A stretch of 35,240 nt of DNA from a virus. The translations under genes were made by a program, and so were the position numbers. The stretch lies in the UHGV virus genome UHGV-0174372; one strand, given 5' to 3'. This document shows, one piece after another, positions 1 to 9,609 of the stretch; the first letter of the stretch is position 1; every line of letters starts with the position of its first letter. The notes under the pieces are model-generated. The model worked only from the letters and a program-made list of their open reading frames with translations, searched no databases and had not been told where the DNA came from.

Positions 1-1236
1 GCTGCGAATATTGATGGGAACGACTATCGCGAGAAACTGGAAGAGAAGTTGGCCGATGCTCCTTTCACAGAGCGCCTGAAAACAACCGTACTGAAAGAAG
101 TTTATCTGGTACTGTCAAAAGGTTTGAAAGACAGCGAGTTAAGTAACCTGGAGTTATCTCTTTCGCTGGCTGACGACGTTTTTGTGAACATGGAAGCTGA
201 AGAGTTTCTAAATAAACTCGCCGCTGCGTTAGGTAAATCGCCGTTTATCGATACGTTTAAGAACCATCTTAAACGTCGGCAGAATGAGTTGCAGGTTATT
301 CAGGATCTGCTCGATACGCTGCTTCGGACGAATATCGGTTACGGTGTATTTGACTTCGGGGTTGCTGAGGAAGTCTATAACGGTTTGCCGCCTGATGTGA
401 AACGTGCCGGTGTGAACATTCCGTCAGATATTCAGTTCAACTTAATGAGCACGCTTCTTGACAGTTTTGCCGGTGCGCTTCAGGACTTAGACCAGTCGCT
501 GAAAGACATCAAAACGTATTACCTGTCGAATAATCCGAAGGTAGGCACGCCGCAAGAGAACCAAGTCGCCGCTGTGCATCTGGTTCGTGCGTTAGGCGAG
601 ATCAATGGCCGAATTGAATATACTGCCACGGAATTTGGACGACAGAAAGGTAGTCCTGGTCCAATTTTGCGTGTAAAAGACAAGGTTGAGCTCCTCGGCT
701 ATACCACACGTGAATTAGACAACGGTTGGATGATTGCATCAATCGGTGCTAACTCTTTCTTTGGCTCCACAACAAACCTGGAGATGATGCGCCAGGAGTT
801 GAGCTTAAGTAACGGGGATTACCGTGAGCTGTTGGCATGTCTGATTACACTGGCACGTAGTGGTATCTCGGATGGCGTAGCGAATACTGCGCTAGACAAG
901 TATAAGGTGTTGGAGAAACGTGTCGATCAGGTTGTAAAAACCCTGAAAGAGATGGCACGCCAATCACGTTCTGGCGTCGACAGTCAGAAATGGCAGGCGA
1001 TGGAACAGGCGTTTAAAGACCAGGTGACGCGAGGGGAGAACTTTAACCTTCATGGTCGTGAGCTGACCACGATGATGGTGTTAAACCCTGACCGTAATGT
1101 CTGGGATTCTGTTGCGCACAGTGCAAACATGATTAACATGTGGTGCAAGGCCGCAGGGTCTATGGCAACGGTGTTGAAGCGTGCCAAGTCCAACCCACTT
1201 GTGAAAGGTGGGAAGTTCAATAAACTGATTGATTAA
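1..1236 (+). CDS. hypothetical phage protein, 5'-partial (start outside window)
   Basis: Frame 1 is open from the window edge with no stop before TAA 1234-1236; the ORF-track start at 49 is a TTG. Followed immediately by a strong hairpin plus T-run. Confidence 0.65.
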   Translation, partial: AANIDGNDYREKLEEKLADAPFTERLKTTVLKEVYLVLSKGLKDSELSNLELSLSLADDVFVNMEAEEFLNKLAAALGKSPFIDTFKNHLKRRQNELQVIQDLLDTLLRTNIGYGVFDFGVAEEVYNGLPPDVKRAGVNIPSDIQFNLMSTLLDSFAGALQDLDQSLKDIKTYYLSNNPKVGTPQENQVAAVHLVRALGEINGRIEYTATEFGRQKGSPGPILRVKDKVELLGYTTRELDNGWMIASIGANSFFGSTTNLEMMRQELSLSNGDYRELLACLITLARSGISDGVANTALDKYKVLEKRVDQVVKTLKEMARQSRSGVDSQKWQAMEQAFKDQVTRGENFNLHGRELTTMMVLNPDRNVWDSVAHSANMINMWCKAAGSMATVLKRAKSNPLVKGGKFNKLID

Positions 1237-1243
1237 AAAAGAT

Positions 1244-1286
1244 TACCCTACTCCTCCGGGAGTAGGGTAACTTTTATTATTTTTTC
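1244..1286. terminator. bidirectional intrinsic terminator between convergent genes
   Basis: 11-bp perfect stem taccctactcc/ggagtagggta (1244-1269) with an A-run upstream and acttttattattttttc downstream; lies between the + gene stop (1236) and the - gene stop (1287). Confidence 0.65.
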
Positions 1287-4241
1287 TTAATCGGCGGTAG
1301 TATCGTGACGGTTATAGACAATAACGATATCGTCTTTAAGTCCGATGTCGCCGCTGGCCTCAATGTCCAGCTTTTTACCTATAGTTGCTCTTGATGCTTC
1401 GGAGACAACGGTAAAGAGACGCATGTCTTTATCTGGCCCCATGGCATCGAGTTCAACACCGATAATAGACGCATCGAGGGTTTCACTCAACGCATTACCG
1501 ATTTCTGTTGCAGAGATTGTTAGATGATTACCCAAGTAATCATTGATAACCTGAGACGTTTTCTTACGAATCTGCGTTAAGAGCTCGGTGTTATTACGGT
1601 TAGCAGCTGTTAGGTAATAACGCACGGTGAACTGGTTTTCCGCAGGGACAGGTGTCACTACCCCGTCCTCGGTACGGGCGTCGATATACCCCATTGTTGT
1701 AATCGGCACAAAGTAACCTTCGGTACGTTCTAACAGCATAGGCTTCAAAGTCGGTAGTATTACTGTAACGTAGTTAACGATGTTTTCGATAACTTCATTC
1801 AGATACGATTTTGCAGAAGGCGTCGTCGCGAATTTATATCGCGCATCGAATACCGCCATCTCACTACGGAATTTGATAGAACGCGATTTCGCAATTTTCG
1901 GATTGCCGAACTCGTCTTTAACTAAGTCTCCCTCACGATGTAGGACGATCTGTTCTCCAGCCTCGTCGAGTTTAGGATCACCTTTACGATGCTCGTACGT
2001 AATCTGAAGTGGCGGCGTGCGACCTGCGTCGTAGGTGTAGATTGGTACACCGTTCTCATCGCGTTTAACCACATCGATTTCCCACGTTGCCATCACGTCT
2101 TTTTCGTAATACTGGTAGTTAATGCTGTCAGTAACAGCACGCGCTTTACGCCAGTAGTACGTCATTGCTTTACCCAATTCGATTTTGAAAATCTCGTGAG
2201 TAATACCAATAGCATCGCGTGACGGGGCAGTGATTAACGCATCCATTTCCGCACGTTCGTAATTACCAGGATAATAACCGGTGCAGCCGTAGAACAGGTT
2301 GAAGTCCGTTGTCAGCGGTACAGGCGTTTCCGTGGGTGTGCTACTACTAATGCGTGTATTCGTTAGCATTAGTTCGTCGTTACGGTCAACGTCTAGGTTG
2401 GTTTCCAGCAGGAATTCCCATACGCGTTCACTACCCTGTTTACCGACTAACGTACCGTTGATATACGCTAAAGTGTTGTCTGCATTACGTGGACGGAACG
2501 ATAGCTGTGCAAAAACTTGATCGTCAGTCAGTGCTTGATAAGGTGCCTCTGACTTCGTTACGGTGCGCAATACATAACCGGCTTCGGTCTTTTCGATAGT
2601 GTAGTCGGCTGTTACCACACTGAGTTCCGTGCTTACGTTAGTGGCAATAAAGCGTTTGGAGTTTAACGTCGGTTTATCTAATTGATAAATACGAACGTCA
2701 ATGGCTTTATTGTTGATATCCACAACGTAATGGAATGGTGTAAAGAGATAACGATTAGCGTTGGCCGCGTTAATCAAATCTTCTTTACGCATGGTTTTTG
2801 CCAAGACCGTCATTTCCGCATCAACCGTCAAGCTGGTGTCGGTGAACCGATAAAGTGTGTCAGGAAGAATCGTCAGGCGATTACCGTTAACCTTTACCGT
2901 CGGTAGATTAACCAATTCATTCCAGGAGAAATAGAACGGTGCCGTGATCGTCCCGATGGGAGAACTGACATTGGGAATTGTCGATTCGAGCATCGGTGCC
3001 GTTAAGAAGTATGTACGGCTAGTAACATAGTCGTTTGGTTTCGACAACGTTAGATCGTAGTCAGAAACCGTTGCTTCTAATTGTTTCTCCGTTACAGGGA
3101 GTTTTCGTGCACCTACCGCGTTATTGACCACACGTGTACGCAAATCTTCGAACGTGAGCTGGCTACGACCACCTGACAACATTTTACCTGCTTTTGCAGC
3201 CATCTGTTTGATGGAAAAACTCTTAATCGGGTTAACGTAGTTTTCGTCGTATTCACCGTTTAAATCACGCAATGTAAACGTGTATTCGTCAGACGGATAA
3301 GCTGAGATATCGACACTTAAAGGCCCTAAGGTCGTGTAGATATCCATACGAATTTCGCCGCTGACCAAATTCTTTGCCATGTAGATCGAGGGGATAGTAC
3401 ACCGTATAACACCGTCACCGACCTGGATTAACGCGGTTGGGGTGTTGGGGTCGTAAACGTCACGACTGTGCGTATGCTGAATTTCAACCCACTTGTTATC
3501 GTTGGTTGATTTCATCCACACCCTTACGTAGAAAAATTTGTTAGTGTAATGGCGGGTCATGACAAAGGTATTTTTCCCCGCAACGGTGTCACTTTCGTTC
3601 TTCACCGCATACTGCATAACTGGGATATGGATTGCCAGTAGTTGCGAGGCCGTGGTGTTAGACGATGTCAATTCCCAATCCAGCGCATTCGTCGATACAG
3701 GAGAAATAGGTGACTGCGTTTCGGTAATCCAAAGAACCTGAAATGCCGGGTTTTCATTGGTGCCGTAAGGAAGTACCCTGATTTCAATCGGGTACTGGAT
3801 GGCAAAGGTGTAACCTGACACCGTGAAAACTGTGTCACGTGGGATAACAACCTTACGCACACCCGCTATTTGTAAAGGGTACGCCTTGGAGATTAAGCTA
3901 TCAACATCGATTAATAACAACAACTCGGTGGTTGAAGGTTGGGCGAACACATCAACGTAGTCCACATCGGACATATGTCGGAACAGGTCATCGTACGTTT
4001 GCGCCATCGATGGAAATGTTTTTGGCACTGATTCTTGCAACCCCATAAGCGTTGCATGGCCCAACATTGTCCCCATTTCCGCCAAATAAACAACAGGGTC
4101 TGTTGGGTCACGTAACACTATTTGGCCTTCGGCGTCTTCTACATCCAGAAGCTGATTCAAGAGCAGTGTTTGCATCGCTGCCGGATGGTGGGCAAACAAC
4201 AATATGTTCTTTGCCAAAGTATCGTAAGTCGTAGAACTCAT
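1287..4241 (-). CDS. hypothetical large phage protein (984 aa), probably virion-associated
   Basis: Long uninterrupted ORF; its ATG (4239-4241) shares one nucleotide with the upstream gene's TGA (TGATG overlap), implying translational coupling. No motif recognised by eye. Confidence 0.8.
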   Translation of the reverse strand: MSSTTYDTLAKNILLFAHHPAAMQTLLLNQLLDVEDAEGQIVLRDPTDPVVYLAEMGTMLGHATLMGLQESVPKTFPSMAQTYDDLFRHMSDVDYVDVFAQPSTTELLLLIDVDSLISKAYPLQIAGVRKVVIPRDTVFTVSGYTFAIQYPIEIRVLPYGTNENPAFQVLWITETQSPISPVSTNALDWELTSSNTTASQLLAIHIPVMQYAVKNESDTVAGKNTFVMTRHYTNKFFYVRVWMKSTNDNKWVEIQHTHSRDVYDPNTPTALIQVGDGVIRCTIPSIYMAKNLVSGEIRMDIYTTLGPLSVDISAYPSDEYTFTLRDLNGEYDENYVNPIKSFSIKQMAAKAGKMLSGGRSQLTFEDLRTRVVNNAVGARKLPVTEKQLEATVSDYDLTLSKPNDYVTSRTYFLTAPMLESTIPNVSSPIGTITAPFYFSWNELVNLPTVKVNGNRLTILPDTLYRFTDTSLTVDAEMTVLAKTMRKEDLINAANANRYLFTPFHYVVDINNKAIDVRIYQLDKPTLNSKRFIATNVSTELSVVTADYTIEKTEAGYVLRTVTKSEAPYQALTDDQVFAQLSFRPRNADNTLAYINGTLVGKQGSERVWEFLLETNLDVDRNDELMLTNTRISSSTPTETPVPLTTDFNLFYGCTGYYPGNYERAEMDALITAPSRDAIGITHEIFKIELGKAMTYYWRKARAVTDSINYQYYEKDVMATWEIDVVKRDENGVPIYTYDAGRTPPLQITYEHRKGDPKLDEAGEQIVLHREGDLVKDEFGNPKIAKSRSIKFRSEMAVFDARYKFATTPSAKSYLNEVIENIVNYVTVILPTLKPMLLERTEGYFVPITTMGYIDARTEDGVVTPVPAENQFTVRYYLTAANRNNTELLTQIRKKTSQVINDYLGNHLTISATEIGNALSETLDASIIGVELDAMGPDKDMRLFTVVSEASRATIGKKLDIEASGDIGLKDDIVIVYNRHDTTAD

Positions 4242-5539
4242 CAGTTATTACCCGTCGGTAGTGAAGCGGCATTAGCGTTATCTAGTAATCCCGCTTTCTT
4301 GAGAATATGTTGGTAGTCTGCTTGGTAAACATACCAGGTAAGTTTGCGTCGTACGGAATCGATGTGTGGATAACCGTAATAGTTGAATAACGGCAGCAAT
4401 TGTGGTGCGATGGGGACTAATTGATCACTAGCAATCGGGATGAAGTTGCCCGATTGAATAGAGCCTGGCTGCGGGAGCATATCGGGATTAAAAATGGAAA
4501 CGGTGCGGTTAAACATTTCCATGTATAACGGATCGTTAAACCGCGCACCGATAGCTTGCCAGTTAATAGTAATCGTAACATCATCGTTTAACTGCGGTTT
4601 GGAGTTATCAACGTTCGCCATTTGACCCGCGTTATCGTTCATTGGCCACGCGACACAAATCGTCCAGAAACGGGTGATGTTTCCCAGAGCATCGTAACGC
4701 ATCCCGTAAATTCGTGACTGATAATCGATTCTGCGTCGAATGGAGTTACGCATTTTCGGACGGAACTTACCCATCTTCACACCAGACATATACTCCAGCC
4801 ACACCCCCATCATTTTCATTAATGGGTCGCCATAGGGGTTGTTTAATGACATGCTGATGGAAAAGCTGTTGTTAACTTCGTGGGTAGAGTCAACCATCCC
4901 CCACTGTTCACGCATTAAACCTTCACTTGCCATCCAGTTATCAATAGACTGATCGGGTGCACCACTAAGGCTAATCAGCTGCGTACTGAGTATTGGTATG
5001 AACGCTTGTAGATTATCGAATTTTACTTGAGGCATAAACGGCGTACCTAAGCGATTCTTCCGCCTACCGTTTTCCATAGGTGCGTCCGTAAATCCGAGTT
5101 CAAAATCGGGGTCAAGCGCAGCTAAAATCGAATAATCTATGGAGTCCTTTGGCTGCATTGCCATGTTCGACATTTTACGAGACTTAGCAATGTTGTCGTA
5201 GCACAGGTTAAAATCGGGCCGGGTAATAAAAGTTAGTCCACCGTATTCTCGGTTGATTGGCGTGGGGTTAGACGCCATCATATGGTTGAACCCCATGTAG
5301 GGGTTGGTCAAACGCTGCGCAGCAAGACCCAAACCTACAGTAAGACGGATACGATCGTTCCATGCCGTAAGTTCAGTATTAGCGTCGTAAGGCGTCGGGG
5401 GGTTAGCATTACTAATCCTTCCGTCGAAATACCCTGCGACCGAAGGCACTGCGTCCGCATTATTCGGATTGTGGAGAGAATCGTCGTAATCAGTATTCGG
5501 GTCATACCCCGGATCGTTCTTATCTGTCTCGTCACTCAT
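4241..5539 (-). CDS. hypothetical phage protein (432 aa)
   Basis: Long ORF; GGAG Shine-Dalgarno inside the palindrome aactccggagtt about 6 nt upstream of the ATG (5537-5539); stop overlaps the start of the 984-aa gene. Confidence 0.8.
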   Translation of the reverse strand: MSDETDKNDPGYDPNTDYDDSLHNPNNADAVPSVAGYFDGRISNANPPTPYDANTELTAWNDRIRLTVGLGLAAQRLTNPYMGFNHMMASNPTPINREYGGLTFITRPDFNLCYDNIAKSRKMSNMAMQPKDSIDYSILAALDPDFELGFTDAPMENGRRKNRLGTPFMPQVKFDNLQAFIPILSTQLISLSGAPDQSIDNWMASEGLMREQWGMVDSTHEVNNSFSISMSLNNPYGDPLMKMMGVWLEYMSGVKMGKFRPKMRNSIRRRIDYQSRIYGMRYDALGNITRFWTICVAWPMNDNAGQMANVDNSKPQLNDDVTITINWQAIGARFNDPLYMEMFNRTVSIFNPDMLPQPGSIQSGNFIPIASDQLVPIAPQLLPLFNYYGYPHIDSVRRKLTWYVYQADYQHILKKAGLLDNANAASLPTGNN

Positions 5540-5565
5540 CTTTAACTCCGGAGTTCATTAGGAAA

Positions 5566-6672
5566 ATGTTAGAAAAAACGTTTGAGACAAGCGTTGTCTC
5601 TTTCCTCTCCAGACTTCCCATGCTGTTTCGTTCACGTGCGGAGTCGATGGAGGAATTTAACTCGGTGCTCTATAACGAGCACATTACCTTAGTCGAACAA
5701 AGCCTGCTGGGTTTAGATTACCTTCCGGGAATTCTGGAGAAAATCCAAATTTTGCTGGCAGGAAACCAACTAACGGCTATCTCCCTGTTAACTGGTGTAC
5801 CGGATGTCGATATTATCGGTACACTGGATCAGGTCAGCACACGTCGTAGTGCGCTCGATAATGCAGTCCGCAGCGGTTCCCGCTTAGCAGCGCTTGCGGT
5901 CGGCGAATCTGCCCGTTATGGTTTACCGTCATACGATAAAATCGGCATTGCGGTCGGCGAATCTGCTCGTCGCGTTGCCCAAGAATCAAAAGGTTCGGTC
6001 AGTGGCGGGAAAGGTGATCCGATTAAACAGCTTTTCGATCAAGAAGGGTTGTCCAACGGGAAAATGTTCTCAGTAACATTCGAACGTGACGGTAATAAAG
6101 TCGAACTCCCAATGCGTTTACGTTTGGATGTGAAATCCTTACCGACCGAACAAATTGAAACACTGATTGCGTTCAGTGACCAGACGAAAACATTCTGGGA
6201 ACGTTGGCTGCGTGCACGCGTTGGCGCGTTGAGTTACGTAAAAGACATTGCGTTCTGTAACGACCTGGTAGAAGAATATCGTAAGAACCGTTATCGCGAT
6301 AAGTCCGGTTATTACCGTAAGATGATGGAGAAGAAGAACGGTAACTGGTTGTCTGGTCTGCTGTCTTTGGCACCGTCTATCAATAACGCTTCTTCCGTTA
6401 TGGTGGTTTCTCAAGACACCATCGACGGTTTGACCGCACAGCTAGGTGGCGAATTTGACGATTTCAATATCCGTCAGCGTGTGTTCAAAGACACCTTGAC
6501 CGTCTACTATGTTGTTGTGGACACCACCTGGAATCGTGTCACTATTTATACCCGTGGTCAGAACGGCTCTCAGGAACTCGATAAATCTGACTTTAGTAAA
6601 TCGAAGTCTGGTAGCGCCGATGTAAATAAAATCATCGAAGCGTATCGCTCTGGCGCTCAGCCAGTTCTTTAA
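5566..6672 (+). CDS. hypothetical virion protein (368 aa) with duplicated AVGESAR motif
   Basis: ATG 5566 with upstream aggaaa; contains a 19-bp in-frame direct repeat encoding AVGESAR twice, plus AQES; these are candidate prohead-protease sites. Confidence 0.8.
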   Translation: MLEKTFETSVVSFLSRLPMLFRSRAESMEEFNSVLYNEHITLVEQSLLGLDYLPGILEKIQILLAGNQLTAISLLTGVPDVDIIGTLDQVSTRRSALDNAVRSGSRLAALAVGESARYGLPSYDKIGIAVGESARRVAQESKGSVSGGKGDPIKQLFDQEGLSNGKMFSVTFERDGNKVELPMRLRLDVKSLPTEQIETLIAFSDQTKTFWERWLRARVGALSYVKDIAFCNDLVEEYRKNRYRDKSGYYRKMMEKKNGNWLSGLLSLAPSINNASSVMVVSQDTIDGLTAQLGGEFDDFNIRQRVFKDTLTVYYVVVDTTWNRVTIYTRGQNGSQELDKSDFSKSKSGSADVNKIIEAYRSGAQPVL

Positions 6673-6682
6673 GGGGTAAGGC

Positions 6683-7618
6683 ATGGCAATCCCGAATATG
6701 CTCGCTATGTTGTTGCCGAGCTTTGAAGCAACAAACTTGAAAAACCAACTCTCATCAAACTGCGATGCGATTGGTGAACAACTTTTACCGCGTTTCCAGT
6801 CTCTGCAAGAGCTGGTAGCGTCGAAAGAAGGCAAGCCGTTTAAATCGAAAACGGTGCAGGACATGTCGGATGATTTGGTTAAATACCTGCGGAATTCCGG
6901 TCTGGAAGCCAAAGGTCTCCGTAATCCTTCGATGCTGGAATACATCGTTGCCTCGATGGAAAACACGCTACAATTGCGTTCTTTCTTAGACCAATGTATT
7001 ACGCGTGACATTGGTAAAGCGTTAGTCACGTCTTCAATGACGTTTAATAAATTAACGGTGCTCAGACTGCTTGACCTGATTGACTTCTTTACAGGTTACA
7101 GTGCCACCTTACTTAACTACGTAACCGCAGAAGAAATAGCCGCCGTAGAAGGCTCGAATATTGAAGTAAAAGGCGTCGGTCCGAATGACCTTCAATACCT
7201 CAATACTCGTTCTATTTCTTACTGCATTGCTGTCCGTGTGTTGGCAACGCCGCTGAATAAACTGAAAGCGGATTATGCGGAAATTCCTGAAGCGATCTTT
7301 AACGACGAAACTTACGGTGAGTTGGCGCAACAGTTCGGTTCGAGCTCCGTTGACCCACTGGGAATGAGCAGTGTACCGTTCCCAATCTCGCTGATATTGC
7401 GCGTACGTTTGAATATCGCTGAACGGCAGATGGATAAGTACGACGAGTGTGTAGAAGCGGCGAAAGCGGCGGAACTGCGTATCTTACTTTACAAAAAGCA
7501 AGTCGCAGAAGGTAAGGGTGATGCCCACATTGAGAAACTGATTGAAATCAGTGAAAAGCATCTGATGGAACTCAAGCACAAGCGTGAGCGTCTTGAAAAG
7601 AAATACGGTTTAGCGTAA
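6683..7618 (+). CDS. hypothetical phage protein (311 aa)
   Basis: ATG 6683 preceded by aagggg at 6-nt spacing; lies 10 nt after the previous stop, so same operon. Confidence 0.8.
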   Translation: MAIPNMLAMLLPSFEATNLKNQLSSNCDAIGEQLLPRFQSLQELVASKEGKPFKSKTVQDMSDDLVKYLRNSGLEAKGLRNPSMLEYIVASMENTLQLRSFLDQCITRDIGKALVTSSMTFNKLTVLRLLDLIDFFTGYSATLLNYVTAEEIAAVEGSNIEVKGVGPNDLQYLNTRSISYCIAVRVLATPLNKLKADYAEIPEAIFNDETYGELAQQFGSSSVDPLGMSSVPFPISLILRVRLNIAERQMDKYDECVEAAKAAELRILLYKKQVAEGKGDAHIEKLIEISEKHLMELKHKRERLEKKYGLA

Positions 7619-7635
7619 ACCGTTAGGAGAGGCGA

Positions 7636-8196
7636 ATGTTTGAGCACGATAGTCCTGAATTTAATGTTGCTGTAGAGCGCATTAAATCCTACATGTCGAT
7701 TTTATCGAAAAACCCAATCGACACACACGATGACGAGGTTATTCACAAAACACTGGAAGCCGCCGCCGTTATTTTACCGTACTTTCGTCTGATGGCTGCT
7801 GATTCTTTGCAGCAAGTATTATATGACGAATATCCGCAGGTCGGATTTACCTTTAATACGTTTTATAACGAAAGTGTAGATTTCTTGCTGGATGGTAAGC
7901 GACGTAATGTGACGTTAGGGCAGTGGTCGACTTTGCTGTCGTCGTATATGAACGATGTTCGTAACACGAAGAATGTTGAACAGACGGGTGCATTAGGCTC
8001 GCGTCTATTAGCTGCTGCGTTTGGTCGCCGAGGTACTGTACGTAATATGGGCTCTGCTCACCAATCTGTTGAGTGTAGCAAACGTCTTTTATCTTATGCA
8101 GACCATGAACTGCTGGCACGCTGGATGACGCGCCCGAACGGGTTGTCCGACATGATCTCGTCGTTAGCAGTGTTTTTGAAAATCGCACGTCCCTAA
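7636..8196 (+). CDS. hypothetical phage protein (186 aa)
   Basis: ATG 7636 preceded by aggagagg; ORF ends at 8196. Confidence 0.75.
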   Translation: MFEHDSPEFNVAVERIKSYMSILSKNPIDTHDDEVIHKTLEAAAVILPYFRLMAADSLQQVLYDEYPQVGFTFNTFYNESVDFLLDGKRRNVTLGQWSTLLSSYMNDVRNTKNVEQTGALGSRLLAAAFGRRGTVRNMGSAHQSVECSKRLLSYADHELLARWMTRPNGLSDMISSLAVFLKIARP

Positions 8197-8255
8197 GGGG
8201 GCCCCTCATTCTAGGGGCGTGTAATTGGGTTATATAACCAAAGGAAATAAACGAA

Positions 8256-9527
8256 ATGGCAAATTTCGCAAAAACTCGCGCCGCTCGTGAATCGATGGAA
8301 GCGGCCGATGAAGTAATCGACGGTATCAGCAACGTTGAACCGGCAGAAGAGAACCTGGACGTCCAACTTGCGGACGTAGCATCTATCGACGGTCAGCTCG
8401 ATCAGCTGGAAACCGACGGTGAAACCCTGGCTGCCGATACCGAGCGTACTGAAGACGCTATCGAACAGGCGGAAGAAGCCGTTGCTAACGGTGAAGAAAT
8501 GCCGGAAGAAGCGGTTGCCCTGCACGAAGTGGCACAGGAATCCATCGCACGTCGTTGGTGCCTGGAACGTACTAAACTGGCTCGCGAATCCTATCGTCGT
8601 GGCCGTGGTATGACTGCTGCTGCCCAGGAAGGTTGGAAAGAAACCCTGAAAGATCTTTACGATCGTTTCATTCAGTTCTGTAAAGAAGTGATTGCGAAGA
8701 TCAAAGACCTGAAACTGAAATATTTCAATGTCGGTAAGACCGCACAGAAACGTGCGAAGAAATATCAGGAAATGCTGCGTAAGCTGGGCAAACAGAAGAA
8801 AGATGAAATCTCTGGTGGCTTTATCACCAAGCTGTCTATCGAAGGTAAATTCGATGCTGCTGGCTCTATCGCTATTGCGAAAGAAGTTACCGCCGGTAAA
8901 GCTAAAGGTTCCATCGGTGCTCTGGAAAAACAAGCTGGTGAAGCTGTGACTGCCGTTACCAAAGGTGACGATGACGCATTCAAGGCAATGCGTGGTGATC
9001 AGCCGGTAGAACTGTTTGGTAAAGCTGCTTCTAAACTGCACACTCTGCCGAACTTTGAAAAAGGCGATGCGTCTAAACTGCTGGCGCTGCCGGGCAACGC
9101 TTACATTCAGGCTGGTACTAAAGAACTGGCTGGCGGTCACAAGTTCACTGCAATCGCGTTCATGAGCACCGGCGACGCTTCTGACGATAAAGACGTGAAA
9201 ACTCCGTCTGTTTCTGAAATGGCTGGCGCTGCTTCTGCTCTGGAAGCGATCGGTAAAGGCTTCGAAGCCGTACTGAAAGATTTCCGTGCCTACGATTCTG
9301 AAATCGTGAAGCTGCAACAGGCTGCTGAGAATGCTGCTAAGGCGCTGAACAACGAAAAAGACGATAGCAAGTGGGATGGCCTGCGTAACGCACGTCAAGC
9401 TGCCGATTGGTCTGTTAAGAACTACCAGACCCTGAACCGCGCAGTTAGCTATGTTGCTAACACCGTTATTAGCGGTCTGAATGGCTACCTGGGTGCTGGT
9501 ATCGGTGCTTACGAAAAATCTAAATAA
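8256..9527 (+). CDS. high-abundance virion protein, paralog A (423 aa); candidate protease-processed internal head protein
   Basis: ATG 8256 with aaggaaa Shine-Dalgarno; strongly biased codon usage (ctg/cgt/ggt/aaa/gaa); N-terminus MANFAKTRAARES; internal AQESIARRW and ARESY; C-terminus GLNGYLGAGIGAYEKSK shared with the next gene. Confidence 0.85.
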   Translation: MANFAKTRAARESMEAADEVIDGISNVEPAEENLDVQLADVASIDGQLDQLETDGETLAADTERTEDAIEQAEEAVANGEEMPEEAVALHEVAQESIARRWCLERTKLARESYRRGRGMTAAAQEGWKETLKDLYDRFIQFCKEVIAKIKDLKLKYFNVGKTAQKRAKKYQEMLRKLGKQKKDEISGGFITKLSIEGKFDAAGSIAIAKEVTAGKAKGSIGALEKQAGEAVTAVTKGDDDAFKAMRGDQPVELFGKAASKLHTLPNFEKGDASKLLALPGNAYIQAGTKELAGGHKFTAIAFMSTGDASDDKDVKTPSVSEMAGAASALEAIGKGFEAVLKDFRAYDSEIVKLQQAAENAAKALNNEKDDSKWDGLRNARQAADWSVKNYQTLNRAVSYVANTVISGLNGYLGAGIGAYEKSK

Positions 9528-9571
9528 TCGTTTAGATTCGTAGTTCCGTACAGTTCTTGAAATAAATCATC

Positions 9572-9592
9572 AGGGGAACGTATTGTTCCCCT
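9572..9592 (+). other. GC hairpin without U-tract between paralog genes (possible attenuator or RNA processing site)
   Basis: 8-bp stem aggggaac/gttcccct with a 5-nt loop, sited in the spacer just upstream of the paralog B ribosome-binding site; no T-run follows. Confidence 0.3.
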
Positions 9593-9609
9593 TAGAGGAA
9601 AAGCTTAAA

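Noticed and set aside
6139-7330. Minus-strand ORFs 6442-7029, 6139-6414 and 7109-7330 overlapping the 368-aa and 311-aa genes
   Set aside because: They sit wholly inside well-supported plus-strand genes of a tight operon and lack start signals.
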